Positions 30,051 to 40,409 of a stretch of 64,000 nt of DNA are shown here, one piece after another (position 1 is the stretch's first letter; every line of letters starts with the position of its first letter). Position numbers and translations under genes: made by a program. The DNA comes from Terracidiphilus sp. (GTDB lineage Bacteria > Acidobacteriota > Terriglobia > Terriglobales > Acidobacteriaceae), in the NCBI GenBank assembly GCA_049518955.1, contig JBEKRG010000003.1:1443-65442 (forward strand), given 5' to 3'. The notes beneath the pieces are model-generated. The model had not been told where the DNA came from and did no database searches. It saw only the letters and a program-made list of their open reading frames with translations.

Positions 30051-30347
30051 CTTGGTCTCGCGGGTTGCGTCAGCCGTCCTTTGCCGCGCGCCAAATTGAG
30101 AGCGCCGCAATCCGGCTGTGACGAGAAGAAGGGCTTCAGCTCGTGGGATAACCACCCATGTTCTCTGAAACCCGATGCCAATTCCGTCGTATCCATACCA
30201 GAATAACAGCCGCGTTTCTCGGGCGTTTCACAGTGCAAGGCGCGCGAGCGCTCAGGCGCGGCGATTTACGCGCCCGTGCTGCTTAAGTGAACCGGATCTC
30301 GCATCTTTTGGTTGTGAATGCGGAGTCGTGCAGGAGCTTACGCCGCG

Positions 30348-32348
30348 TCACGCCGCCGAGGTCGAGTAACTGGAAACTTCTCTCGTTTTGGTGAATGGGA
30401 TGGAACTTGTCCCCGGAACACTCAGTTTCCCGGCGCGAAGCAGCAATCGGCAATCGGCTTCGGGGATTGCGGGGCTGTACAGGAATCCCTGTACCTCCTC
30501 GCAGTTCTGCTTCCTGAAGTAGTTAAGTTGCTCCGACGTTTCCACGCCCTCGGCCACGCAGGCAAGGCCAAGATCGCGACCCAAATTGATGATGCTTCGC
30601 ACCACCGCCTCCGCAGTCGGCTCCGACGCGATGTCGCGCAGGAACGAGCGGTCGATCTTAATGCGGTTGATCGGGAACCTTCTCAAATAGGACAAGGACG
30701 ACCATCCGGTGCCAAAATCGTCGAGTGAAAGGCTCACTCCTAGCCGTTTCAGCGTTCGCATGATCTTGATCGTCGTCTCCGAGTCATCGAGCATTAGCGA
30801 TTCCGTCAGCTCCAGCTCCAACCACTTCGGATCCAGGCCGGATTCGGACAGCGCCCGCGTTACGCTGCTTGCAATATTGCTCCGGTAGAACTGCGTCGAC
30901 GAGAGATTCACCATCATGCGGATCGGTGGGAGCCCTGCCTTCTGCCACGCGGCGTTTTGCAGGCACGCGGTTCTCAGCACCCAATTCCCCACGTCGGCCA
31001 TCAATCCTAGTTCTTCTAACTGCGGAACAAATTGGTTGGGGAAAATCATCCCTTGCTCCGGATGGCGCCAGCGCAGCAATGCTTCCACGCCAGTAATGCC
31101 GCCTGTATCCGTCGCCACGAGCGGTTGGTAGTACAGCACAAACTCGTCTCGCGCCAGGGCGTGCTGCAGATCGAACTCGAGCTTTTGCCGGCGCCGCGTC
31201 GCGTCCGTAAGTTCGGCCGTGAAGAAGGAGTAGATGCCGCGCCCGCTGTTCTTCGCCTCGTACATCGCGGTATCCGCGGCCTGCAGCAAGTCCCGCGGGC
31301 TCTCTCCATCGGAAGGATATTCGCAAACGCCGATGCTGGCGCCTATTTGAATCCCATGCCCTTCGATTCCAAACGACGCGCTCAATGTGCTCAGCACCTT
31401 GCTCGCCACCTGCTCAATATCCTCGTGCTTTTCCACCATCGGCAGGCCGATCACAAATTCGTCTCCACCGAGTCGCGCCACGATATCGCTTTCGCGCAGG
31501 CAATTTCTCAATCGCACGGCTACAGCCTCAAGCAGACGATCGCCGATATGATGACCGAATGAATCGTTCACGCTCTTGAAGCGGTCCAAATCCAGCATTA
31601 GGACAGCGACCCGTTTCCCATTCCGGCCCGCCAAGGCGATTGCATGGGCCAACAAATCCTCGAGAAGCGACCGATTCGGCAGTCCTGTCAACGCATCGTG
31701 AAGCGCCATGTAGCGAATGCGCAACTCCGCCTGCTTCCGGTCGGTGATATCCCTCGAAATCCCCATCGTGCCCACGATCCGGCCGCGCCGGTCCCTTAGA
31801 GGCACCTTTGTCGACAACACCCACGATTCATGCCCGTCCGGCCAGGTCTCCTTCTCTTCCATCCCCGTAATTCCGTGGCCCGTTTCAATAATTCTCCGTT
31901 CGTCCTCGAGGGCACGGCCGGCATGCTCTGGCGTAAACATGTCTGAATCCGCCTTTGCCGTGGCCTCCGTGGGATCGCTAAGTCCAAAACTGTTGGCCAG
32001 GGCCCGGTTGACGCGCAGAAAGTGGCTGTTGCGGTCCTTGAAATAGACGTGGTCAGGGATGTGTTCGAGAAATGCATTCAGAAAGTCGCGGTCTGTGCTG
32101 TATTCCCGGTCCGCCAGCTCGCGCAGAATCAACAGACCGGCCACCAGAGCCAACAGAAACACGGTGAGTCCGATCGCTGCAACTCCCGGACGGGACAAGA
32201 GGGATACGCGTGCCGCCGGTGCGTGCGCCGTCGTCGAGGCGATCAGCACAACAGTGATCATGCACCCCAGCAGCATCGCCGCAAGAGCAATCACCACTCC
32301 CGGAATCGCAGGGAATCGCCGGAAAAACTTCATCGAGGCCCGTTTCAC
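30348..32348 (-). CDS. Membrane-anchored PAS-GGDEF-EAL diguanylate cyclase/phosphodiesterase
   Basis: Two TMs, PAS/PAC, RESD I-site before GGDEF, EAL, DDFGTG, EGVET. Confidence 0.95.
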   Translation of the reverse strand: MKRASMKFFRRFPAIPGVVIALAAMLLGCMITVVLIASTTAHAPAARVSLLSRPGVAAIGLTVFLLALVAGLLILRELADREYSTDRDFLNAFLEHIPDHVYFKDRNSHFLRVNRALANSFGLSDPTEATAKADSDMFTPEHAGRALEDERRIIETGHGITGMEEKETWPDGHESWVLSTKVPLRDRRGRIVGTMGISRDITDRKQAELRIRYMALHDALTGLPNRSLLEDLLAHAIALAGRNGKRVAVLMLDLDRFKSVNDSFGHHIGDRLLEAVAVRLRNCLRESDIVARLGGDEFVIGLPMVEKHEDIEQVASKVLSTLSASFGIEGHGIQIGASIGVCEYPSDGESPRDLLQAADTAMYEAKNSGRGIYSFFTAELTDATRRRQKLEFDLQHALARDEFVLYYQPLVATDTGGITGVEALLRWRHPEQGMIFPNQFVPQLEELGLMADVGNWVLRTACLQNAAWQKAGLPPIRMMVNLSSTQFYRSNIASSVTRALSESGLDPKWLELELTESLMLDDSETTIKIMRTLKRLGVSLSLDDFGTGWSSLSYLRRFPINRIKIDRSFLRDIASEPTAEAVVRSIINLGRDLGLACVAEGVETSEQLNYFRKQNCEEVQGFLYSPAIPEADCRLLLRAGKLSVPGTSSIPFTKTREVSSYSTSAA

Positions 32349-32580
32349 AAAGATTTGGTTCTAATGCCAAACTAAGCCAGGCGCAACCGCGAATTCCATA
32401 CCTAAATCGATTTTCTAATTACAACTATCCGGTAGGGTGGGTGTTACCTTCGTCACGTTCAAGCCCGTCCCGCACCCAACTCGCCGTGCGCATTGCCCGC
32501 TCGGCGTGCCTCATTCCGGTCCAGCTGCTGCCAAGTCGTACAGAATGTTCACATCCTGAGTTTTTTCGCCAGGCTTTAAC

Positions 32581-33279
32581 ATGCACCAAGGGAGAACTCT
32601 TTTGGCGGTTTGGAAGGCCTTTCTCATCTCGTTCAGCGTGCTCCTGCCGCTGATCAACCCGCTCGGCTCCGCGCTGGTCTTTCTCGGCCTCGTCGGTGAC
32701 GCGCCGCCCAAGCTTCTCCGCTCGCTTGCGCGCCGCATAGCCATCAACAACATCATCTTCCTCGGGGTTTTTGAGGTAACGGGCGCGGCCATCCTCAATT
32801 TCTTCGGAATCTCTCTGCCCATCGTCCAATTTTCCGGCGGCATCGTCGTCGCCGCCATGGGTTGGGCAGTGCTTAACGAGCGCAGCGCCGGCGTAGTCAC
32901 ACGCAAAAAGCAGGAGGAGACTGGAACAGGCGCCGAACCTGACACCAGTCATCTCGAAGAGGGCGTCTTCTACCCCTTCACCTTTCCCATCACCTCAGGG
33001 CCGGGCACGCTCGTCGCATTGCTCACCGTCACCGCACACATCCATGACAAAGTTCTCACCCATAACCTTCTTGCGCACCTGGGCGTATTTCTTTCCGTGG
33101 TTGTCCTCAGCGTTCTGGTCTATTTCTGCTATGCCAACGCCCCCAGGATCACCAAGAAGATCCCGCCCTCCACGGCCCACGGAATCCTCCGCGTCATCGC
33201 ATTCATTCTGCTCTGCATCGGCATCCAGATCGCCTGGAACGGCCTCTCCGCCCTCATCGCCACCATCATTAAGCCATGA
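32581..33279 (+). CDS. marC: MarC-family integral membrane protein
   Basis: LINPLGS, FPITSGPG, RVIAFILLCIGIQ. Confidence 0.88.
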   Translation: MHQGRTLLAVWKAFLISFSVLLPLINPLGSALVFLGLVGDAPPKLLRSLARRIAINNIIFLGVFEVTGAAILNFFGISLPIVQFSGGIVVAAMGWAVLNERSAGVVTRKKQEETGTGAEPDTSHLEEGVFYPFTFPITSGPGTLVALLTVTAHIHDKVLTHNLLAHLGVFLSVVVLSVLVYFCYANAPRITKKIPPSTAHGILRVIAFILLCIGIQIAWNGLSALIATIIKP

Positions 33280-33356
33280 TGTCGGACTCTGCGAGTTAAG
33301 TTCCAGCAGGCCAAAATCGAACACCGCACTGCGGGCTCCATTGCGACAGCGGAAAA

Positions 33357-33698
33357 CTACAATAGGTCCTTGGCCGCCAACCGGCGCTCCTCAACTTCCC
33401 GATACCTCTTCTGGATGGCCACCGAGTTCGCGCCTACAACCAGCGTACCGATCGCGCCAGGCAGCAGCAGGCCATACCACACACCCCACGGCTGCCCTTG
33501 AGCCAGCGCCACGAATCCCACGATCAGGAGCGCCACTGCTACCGCCGACAGCATGAACCACGCCCTGACGATAAAGTTTCTGGCCCGGCCGCGAGGCACA
33601 AGCCAAACCACAAGTCCCGCCGCCAATCCCGCGGCCAGCCCATAGGCTGTGCCCGGGATCCACGCATACTGATTCGGATTAAACCATGGCTCAATCAT
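33357..33698 (-). CDS. Small three-TM membrane protein
   Basis: Hydrophobic ORF starting 4 nt after the DUF2089 stop, so probably co-transcribed. Confidence 0.7.
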   Translation of the reverse strand: MIEPWFNPNQYAWIPGTAYGLAAGLAAGLVVWLVPRGRARNFIVRAWFMLSAVAVALLIVGFVALAQGQPWGVWYGLLLPGAIGTLVVGANSVAIQKRYREVEERRLAAKDLL

Positions 33699-33702
33699 TG
33701 CT

Positions 33703-34008
33703 TCACTTCATCCCTTCTTCCGCCGCCGCGCGATGAGCCTTCCAAAGCTCTCGCGCTAACGCAGCTGATAACTTCCCATCGGCAACCAGCACTTGCAATT
33801 TGCGTTGGAACGAATCCGCCGCTTTCGGATCCTCAACCGCCTTCACCTTCGCGATGAGCCGGTCGAGCCGGGCACGCAGCGTTGGATAAGACACCTCGTA
33901 CTCATCGCACAGCGCTTTCAACGATCCGGAACTAAGGACAAATCGCTTCAGAAACTGCTGGTCTTCTTCGTCAAGCACCTCCAGCCATGGCGGCATCGCA
34001 TCCTTCAT
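33703..34008 (-). CDS. DUF2089-family HTH protein
   Basis: WLEVLDEEDQQFLKRFVLSSGSLKALCDEYEVSYPTLRARLDRLI; ATG 34008. Confidence 0.85.
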   Translation of the reverse strand: MKDAMPPWLEVLDEEDQQFLKRFVLSSGSLKALCDEYEVSYPTLRARLDRLIAKVKAVEDPKAADSFQRKLQVLVADGKLSAALARELWKAHRAAAEEGMK

Positions 34009-34014
34009 AAAATC

Positions 34015-34047
34015 AATATGCACCTGAACTTTATTAAAGTCAATAAA
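34015..34047 (-). promoter_or_regulatory. Sigma70-type promoter of the DUF2089 operon with overlapping inverted repeat
   Basis: Minus strand TTGACT (34043-34038), 17 nt, CATATT (34020-34015), 6 nt, ATG; TTTATT-N6-AATAAA at 34030-34047. Confidence 0.55.
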
Positions 34048-34271
34048 ATTTATCTTGTACTAAACAAAATTCAAGCTGGCGGACCTGCGTCAGGATTATT
34101 TGTCCCTGATCGAAATGCGACAATTTTTCGTTGCGCCGCAGAAGTCAAGAGCCGGCCAGCGGGGATTGCCGTTCTTGCCCCCTGTGGAACTCGCGTCACT
34201 CCGCGCACACCGCCTTCGTGTATCTTGGCGATGGGTCGATTCCTTCGCTTCGGAGCGCATCCAAAAAAATC

Positions 34272-35867
34272 ATGCCCACCTTCGCCGCCATCGACATCGG
34301 TTCCAACTCCTGCAGGCTCAAGATCGCCCGCGTCCACGCGCATCGGCTCAAAACGCTCGCCGAAGACCGCGAAGTCACCCGCCTAGGCGGCAGCGTCTTT
34401 GACACCGGCCTCATCTCTCCCGAGGCCATGGCGGCCACGCTGCGCGCGCTCAAGCGCTTTCAGCGCGCCGTCCAGGCGCGCGGCGTCGACCGCATTCGCG
34501 TGGTGGCCACCGCGGCCATGCGCGACGCGCGCAACTCCGCCGCTTTTCAGGCTTGGGTTAAGGCCGAGACCGGCTGGAACATGGAGATCATCTCCGGCCT
34601 CGAAGAAGGCCGCCTGATTCACCTCGGCGTTACCGGCGCCGAGCCGGGAGCCGGTGGTCGAGTGCTCCTGCTCGACCTCGGCGGCGGCAGCTGCGAAGTC
34701 ACGCTCTCTGAGCACAAGCACATCAAGGAGACGGTCAGCCTGCCGCTCGGCGCAGTGCGTCTAACCGAGCAATTTCTCTCCGACGATCCTGCTCCGCGCG
34801 ATGGACTGGTGCGCATGCGACAGTTGATCGCGCGCGAGCTGCGCCGCGCTCATCGCAGAATTCAGCCGGGCCGCGCGCCGCTGGTCATCGCCACATCCGG
34901 CACGGCCGCCGCGCTCTCCGCCGCCTTCGCTCAGGGAACAAAGAATGGCAAACCCGGCACAAAGAAGGCGGGCAAATCCGTCTCCAAATCCGGTTCCGAC
35001 CGCGCCGAGGATCGCTCGGCCATCCTTGCCGGAATGGTCCCAGCGCGCGCGGTGCGCAAGCTGGCCAGTAAGTTGGCCAAGATGTCGCTTCCTCAGCGCG
35101 AGGCCGTTCCCGGCATCGGTCCGCGCCGCGCTGAAATCATCGTCGCCGGCGCCGAAGTCTACTCCGAGATCCTCGAGAGCTTTGCGTTGAAAGGCTTTCG
35201 CTACTCGCCGCTCGGTTTGCGTGACGGCATTCTGGCGCAGATGCTTGCCGAGCAGGACGCCCGCGCCAAGGCTCATCGCGAGTTCGAGCACGAGCGCTGG
35301 GAGAGCGTCCTATCGACCGCGCGCCGCTACGGCGTCGATCCCCGTCAGGCCGAGCCGGTACGCGCCCACACCGTCCAGCTCTTTCGCGAGCTCAAGTCCA
35401 TGCACGAGCTTCCCCCGGAATACGAAAGCTGGCTGGCCGCTGCCGCGATGCTCCGCGACACCGGAAAGTTCATCAACCACCAGGGCCATCACCGGCACAC
35501 GCAGTACATCATCTCCAGCTCTGAGATTTACGGCTACACGCAACTACAGCGCACATTGGTTTCGGCCATCGCGCGATACCTGGGCAAGAGCCGTCCCCAG
35601 CCCGGCGACCGCGCTCTGCGCAACATTCCCGCCGACGAGCACAAAAACGTCAATCGCGCCGTGGTCCTGCTGCGCCTCGCCATTGCATTGAACCAGGATC
35701 GCGCCTCGGACGTTCTCCGGGTGGGAACACGTGTCTACCCCAAGAGGGTTCATCTCGAGTTGCGGCCGGGGCGCACCGGCGCTGAGCTGGAATTGTGGTC
35801 TTTGCGCAAGGAAGCTGGCTACTTCCGCGAAGTCTTCGGGCGCGAGCTTTTCGTCGCGCTGGCATAA
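34272..35867 (+). CDS. ppx: Ppx/GppA exopolyphosphatase with C-terminal HD-like domain
   Basis: AAIDIGSNS, ATAAMRDA, ISGLEEGRL, DLGGGSCE, GLRDG; start trimmed to ATG 34272. Confidence 0.93.
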   Translation: MPTFAAIDIGSNSCRLKIARVHAHRLKTLAEDREVTRLGGSVFDTGLISPEAMAATLRALKRFQRAVQARGVDRIRVVATAAMRDARNSAAFQAWVKAETGWNMEIISGLEEGRLIHLGVTGAEPGAGGRVLLLDLGGGSCEVTLSEHKHIKETVSLPLGAVRLTEQFLSDDPAPRDGLVRMRQLIARELRRAHRRIQPGRAPLVIATSGTAAALSAAFAQGTKNGKPGTKKAGKSVSKSGSDRAEDRSAILAGMVPARAVRKLASKLAKMSLPQREAVPGIGPRRAEIIVAGAEVYSEILESFALKGFRYSPLGLRDGILAQMLAEQDARAKAHREFEHERWESVLSTARRYGVDPRQAEPVRAHTVQLFRELKSMHELPPEYESWLAAAAMLRDTGKFINHQGHHRHTQYIISSSEIYGYTQLQRTLVSAIARYLGKSRPQPGDRALRNIPADEHKNVNRAVVLLRLAIALNQDRASDVLRVGTRVYPKRVHLELRPGRTGAELELWSLRKEAGYFREVFGRELFVALA

Positions 35868-36346
35868 ACGATCCGCGCCGTCCGTGGATCCAGAAGCCAT
35901 TGCAATCGCGGCGGATGGCGCTCCATGTCGACCCGCGCAATGGATCCTTTGCGCATCCGGATCGATGCGCCTCCGTTGCCGGTGATCAGGCGACCCAGAA
36001 ACTGAAACATGTTTGGGTTGTGCCCCACGGCCAGAACCCCGTCGCGATCGGCGTACTTCGCCAGCATGTTCTGGAAATCTGAGAAACTCGCGTTCATTCC
36101 CAGCCCGGGGCTGATCTCAACCTTTCCCTCAAAGCCCAGCTCTGTACCGACGAGCTGCGCGGTCTGCATGGCACGCTTAAGCGAACTTGAAACGATCGTG
36201 TCGATAGGCGCTTTCAGCGTTCCAAGGACCCGCGCCATGATCATGCACTGCTCCTTGCCTTCCTTCACGAGGCCCCGCTTCAGGTCGAGAACGGGGTTCT
36301 CGCGAATCGTGCCGGCATTCGCATGGCGCATCAGATAAAGGATCAT
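35819..36346 (-). CDS. sixA: Phosphohistidine phosphatase SixA
   Basis: LYLMRHANA (RHG-like), SSSLKRAMQTA, VGHNP. Confidence 0.9.
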   Translation of the reverse strand: MILYLMRHANAGTIRENPVLDLKRGLVKEGKEQCMIMARVLGTLKAPIDTIVSSSLKRAMQTAQLVGTELGFEGKVEISPGLGMNASFSDFQNMLAKYADRDGVLAVGHNPNMFQFLGRLITGNGGASIRMRKGSIARVDMERHPPRLQWLLDPRTARIVYASATKSSRPKTSRK

Positions 36347-36400
36347 GGGGTTGATTCGGTGGGGGTTTTAGCGGCCTTGCCGAACTCCTACATCTTCATT

Positions 36401-36417
36401 TTAACAGATTTGTAACA
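36401..36417 (-). promoter_or_regulatory. PhoB/OmpR-type 11-bp-period direct repeat upstream of sixA
   Basis: Minus strand TGTTAC-AAATC-TGTTAA, similar to the pho-box half-site CTGTCAT. Confidence 0.4.
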
Positions 36418-36579
36418 TTTGATTTTGCGGTGCAATGACACCAATTTGGCTCTGCTATCTCCGCTTGACCATTGGGCTTAGCGCCGAAGAACCCATTTGT
36501 CTTCCTACTCCAGATCGAGCGTATAGCCTTCTGCGTGCATCGGCAACCCAATCCTATCCAACCTGCGTTCAGTTTCGGT

Positions 36580-37413
36580 TTAATGGACAACGTGAAAAGT
36601 GCGCCTCCACCGCGTGTCTGGAAAGAAGCGCACCAGTACGTGACCGATCCATGCGAGCTGGTGACCGAACCCTGTTTGTTCGAGTTGACCCTCTGACGCC
36701 TTGAACGACCAGTAGTTGAACAGCGGACGGCCGATGATGTTGGCGCGCGGAACAAATCCCCAGTAGCGCGAGTCCAGGCTGTTGTGCCGGTTGTCGCCCA
36801 TCATGAAGTACATGCCGGGTGGAACCACGAGGTCGCCGTCCTGGATATAACTTGAGAAGTTCACGGCCCACGACTCTGTTGACCCGGACACCTCGGATGG
36901 GGGTACTGCGGGAAAATCGTCAAGGAACTCGTTGAAGTTGTCCGTCGTCGTCGGCTGCGCAAATCCCACAGGCTGTGCGACACCATTAATAACCACGATG
37001 CCATTGCGCAGATGAATATGATCGCCCGGCACGCCAATCAATCTCTTCACCAGGGGAATGTACTTCGGTGTCCCATCGGCATCAGTCGGATCAATACCAG
37101 GCTGATAAACAGGCTTGATGAACACCACGATATCTCCGCGCCTCGGCTCGCGATACCTTATTAGCGGCATCCACGAAGCGGGCGGTACTAGCGTAATCTG
37201 GTCGACGACCAGGTGATCGCCTACAAGCAGTGTGTTCTCCATCGAACCTGACGGAATGACGTAGTTCTGAGCCAAGAAGGTCAGAATGAACAGGCCCACC
37301 ACCAGCACACTTGAGACGCTGGCCAGTGCCTCGAAAGGAGTCTCTTCTCGATTGATGTTGCTGGAATCGGCGCTCTTCGCCGATTCAGAAGAAATCTTCC
37401 TCGTTCGACTCAT
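36580..37413 (-). CDS. lepB: Signal peptidase I
   Basis: PSGSMENTLLVGDHL (Ser), LVKRLIG (Lys), GDNRHNSLDSRYWG. Confidence 0.95.
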   Translation of the reverse strand: MSRTRKISSESAKSADSSNINREETPFEALASVSSVLVVGLFILTFLAQNYVIPSGSMENTLLVGDHLVVDQITLVPPASWMPLIRYREPRRGDIVVFIKPVYQPGIDPTDADGTPKYIPLVKRLIGVPGDHIHLRNGIVVINGVAQPVGFAQPTTTDNFNEFLDDFPAVPPSEVSGSTESWAVNFSSYIQDGDLVVPPGMYFMMGDNRHNSLDSRYWGFVPRANIIGRPLFNYWSFKASEGQLEQTGFGHQLAWIGHVLVRFFPDTRWRRTFHVVH

Positions 37414-37437
37414 TCAAAGGCTCCTAAGGCCAATTCC

Positions 37438-39636
37438 CTATTGCACGCGTACCGTCGTACTCGCTTCAACGTCGCTCGACGAATTCCCAACCATCACGCG
37501 AACGGGCTCCGCTTCCACGCGGAATCCCGGCAGCTTCTGGTCCCACCATGCCAGCGTCGACGCCTTCAGAGGAATCTCCACCGTCTTAGTTTCGTTGGGC
37601 GCGATGGTCACGCGCTTGAATCCCTCCAACTCTTCCTGAGGCCGCTCCACCTTCGAGCCTAGATGCTTTACATACATTTGCACCACCGCATCGCCCGCGC
37701 GGCTGCCGGTGTTGGTCACGTCCACGCTCACGGTAACCGCACTATCCTTCGGCAAAGTCGGCGAACTCGTCCGCAGATTCGAATACTTGAACGTCGTATA
37801 GCTCAACCCATACCCGAACGGAAACAGCGGCTCGCCTTTGAAGTACATGTACGTGTACCCGTCGCGGATGTTGTAATCCATGCTCGGCGGAAGCTGATCC
37901 ACCGACTTCGGCCACGTTCTCACCAGGTGGCCGCCCGGGTTGTATTCGCCGAACAGCACCTTGGCCAGCGCGGTTCCTTCATCTTGCGAAGAGTGCGCCA
38001 TCGTCAGGATGGCGGGAACGTTCGCCGCGCTCCAGTTGATCGCGAACGGAAAACTCGAAATCAGCAAAACGATCGTCTTCGGATTCTTGATCAAGACCTG
38101 CTTCGCAATCTGCTCCTGAGCCAGATCGATGCTCTCTCGGTCTCGGCCCTCGCGTCCGTCGCTCGGAACGGTACAGGGAAGCGTGATGCCGCCGGCGTTA
38201 CCCGGCGAGTTGTACCACGCATGCGCCTCGTCACCGCAGGTCGGGTCGTTGCCGATCACAACCACCGCCACATCGGATTCGCTCGCTGCCTTCATGGCAT
38301 CGTTCTCGCCGGCCTGTGTGTCATACGCGGCGAAGTTCACTTTCACATCCGGCCCAACCAAATCCTTAATTCCCTGCAAAGGCGTCACCGCATAGGGCGG
38401 TGTCCCTCCGTACCAGTCCCAATGCACCGAATCCGCAAGCGGGCCGATCACGGCGATGGACTTGATCTTGCTCTTGTCGAGCGGCAGAATGTTGTTCTCG
38501 TTCTTCAGCAACACAACAGACTCGAGCGCCAACCGCTTCGAAACATCGCGGTCCTTATCCGTATTCCACGGCTCCGGAGAGTCTTTGATCTTCGAGTAGG
38601 GCACTATCTCCGGCGGGTCCAGCAGTCCGAGCCGGACCGTGACCTGGAACTTTGGCCTTAACAACGCATCGATCTCCGACTCAGTGACCTCGCCATCCTT
38701 TACCGCCGCCTTGGTTTCATCCTTATAGACGTCGAGAAATTGGTTGATCCCAGCCTTCAGGCACGCCACCACCGCCGCCTTCTGGTCTGGAAACAGATGG
38801 CGCGGATCCACCAGCAGCTTCACCGCTCCGCCATCGCTCGAGATCACGTCTACGCCCCACTGATCGCGGACAATGCTCTTCAAAATCGGATTGACGGCCA
38901 TCGCCGTGCCATTCCATGCGTTATACGACGCCATCACCGCTTTCGCGTCGCCTTCCAAAAAGGCCGTGCGGAAGGGTACCGAGTAGTACTCCCAGAACAG
39001 CCGGTCATCGAAGTTCGAAGACGTGCTGTTCCGGCCGTTTTCATTTTCGTTGGCCAGGAAGTGCTTCAGCAGCGCGGCGGCTTGCCAGTACTTCGGATCG
39101 TCGCCCTGCAGTCCCTTCGTGAACGCCACGGCCATCGTCCCATTTAAGAACGGGTCCTCGCCGTACACTTCCTCGCTGCGGCCCCATCGCGGATCGCGCC
39201 CCAGGTCCGATTGCGGTCCCCACAGCATCAGGATCTGCCGGTCGTACTTCGCCGTCTGCGTAATGAATCGCGCCTCGTAGCCTTCCACGCCCGCCGCTTC
39301 TCGCACCAGGTCCGGATCCCATGACGCGCCCATCCCCGGCGGTTGCGGAAACTGCGTCGTGGTGATCGGCTGGCGCGTGCCTCGAGCCTGCCGTTGCACC
39401 ACTCCGTGAATCCCCTCGGAGTTTCCGTAGTTCATCACGCCCAGCCGCGGTACACCCGTATTCGTACCCAGACAGTCAATCTTTTCGTCGATCGTCATTA
39501 GAGAAAGCAGATTGTCGATCCGCTTTTCCGACGGCAACGTTGGATCGTTGAACGGATAGGTTTGTTTCTGGGCCAGCGCCGCGCCACAAGAGCACGTGAA
39601 AAGGCACAACAGAACTGCGAGAGCTTTCTTTTTCAT
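37438..39636 (-). CDS. Secreted GH3 beta-glucosidase/xylosidase with Fn3-like C-terminus
   Basis: Signal peptide, RDPRWGRSEEVYGEDP, KHF, SSDGGA nucleophile, PFGYGLSYT. Confidence 0.95.
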   Translation of the reverse strand: MKKKALAVLLCLFTCSCGAALAQKQTYPFNDPTLPSEKRIDNLLSLMTIDEKIDCLGTNTGVPRLGVMNYGNSEGIHGVVQRQARGTRQPITTTQFPQPPGMGASWDPDLVREAAGVEGYEARFITQTAKYDRQILMLWGPQSDLGRDPRWGRSEEVYGEDPFLNGTMAVAFTKGLQGDDPKYWQAAALLKHFLANENENGRNSTSSNFDDRLFWEYYSVPFRTAFLEGDAKAVMASYNAWNGTAMAVNPILKSIVRDQWGVDVISSDGGAVKLLVDPRHLFPDQKAAVVACLKAGINQFLDVYKDETKAAVKDGEVTESEIDALLRPKFQVTVRLGLLDPPEIVPYSKIKDSPEPWNTDKDRDVSKRLALESVVLLKNENNILPLDKSKIKSIAVIGPLADSVHWDWYGGTPPYAVTPLQGIKDLVGPDVKVNFAAYDTQAGENDAMKAASESDVAVVVIGNDPTCGDEAHAWYNSPGNAGGITLPCTVPSDGREGRDRESIDLAQEQIAKQVLIKNPKTIVLLISSFPFAINWSAANVPAILTMAHSSQDEGTALAKVLFGEYNPGGHLVRTWPKSVDQLPPSMDYNIRDGYTYMYFKGEPLFPFGYGLSYTTFKYSNLRTSSPTLPKDSAVTVSVDVTNTGSRAGDAVVQMYVKHLGSKVERPQEELEGFKRVTIAPNETKTVEIPLKASTLAWWDQKLPGFRVEAEPVRVMVGNSSSDVEASTTVRVQ

Positions 39637-39707
39637 GAGGGGATTCCTTGGGGTTCAATCGTCGAGAAATACGAATTTAAAGTCAGCGCCATTCTACGCC
39701 CCCCAGT

Positions 39708-40409
39708 CTACGTCTTGCTGCGCCACATCTCGCTCGCAAGTGTTCCGCGCAGTCGGGAGCGTTGCCGCGCCAGCGCAAAGCCGGAGTCGCGCAAGGCAGC
39801 GTGATGGTCAGGCAGGCTGCGGATTCTAAGTCCAGTGAGCACACCAAACGCCCGATAGAGCAGCCAGACCAGCGGACCCGCGACGATCCGACCGAACCAT
39901 CCCTCCGGAACTGCAAACTCCGAGATAATCCACACGGCCGAAGGTGTGACTGCGTCGTGCAACCTCGCTGCAAGTCCGTAACACTCTTCCGTTGTAAGGC
40001 AATCGAGAAAGAAATGCGTGACCACCAGATCGTACTGCGTATTCTCAGGCTGCCATTCGCGCACGTCGGCGCAATGAACAGAAACCCGGCCCGCATTCGC
40101 TCCGACACGGAGCATCAAAGTATCGAGCATTGCGGGACTCGCGTCCACCGCATCGATTTGAACCTGAGAATTCATTTGGAGGAACTCCGCAGTAAACCGC
40201 CCATCGCCGTCGCCGAGGACAAGCGCACGCCGGGCCGTCGCAAGCTCAGGCAGAAACGCGTCGCGGCAACGCGCGAGAAGCGGCCCGAAAGTGAAAAGTT
40301 CCATCCAGCGGTAATGCTTCGCCAGACGATCGAAGTTCGGCGTTTTCGGCTTTGCCTTAAATTCCGTGGATTCAGGCCCAATGAATTCCGAATTGGCCGT
40401 CGTATTCAT
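39708..40409 (-). CDS. Class I SAM-dependent methyltransferase
   Basis: VLGDGDG, VDASPAM, YDLVVTHFFLDC; ATGA overlap with the upstream membrane gene. Confidence 0.85.
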   Translation of the reverse strand: MNTTANSEFIGPESTEFKAKPKTPNFDRLAKHYRWMELFTFGPLLARCRDAFLPELATARRALVLGDGDGRFTAEFLQMNSQVQIDAVDASPAMLDTLMLRVGANAGRVSVHCADVREWQPENTQYDLVVTHFFLDCLTTEECYGLAARLHDAVTPSAVWIISEFAVPEGWFGRIVAGPLVWLLYRAFGVLTGLRIRSLPDHHAALRDSGFALARQRSRLRGTLASEMWRSKT

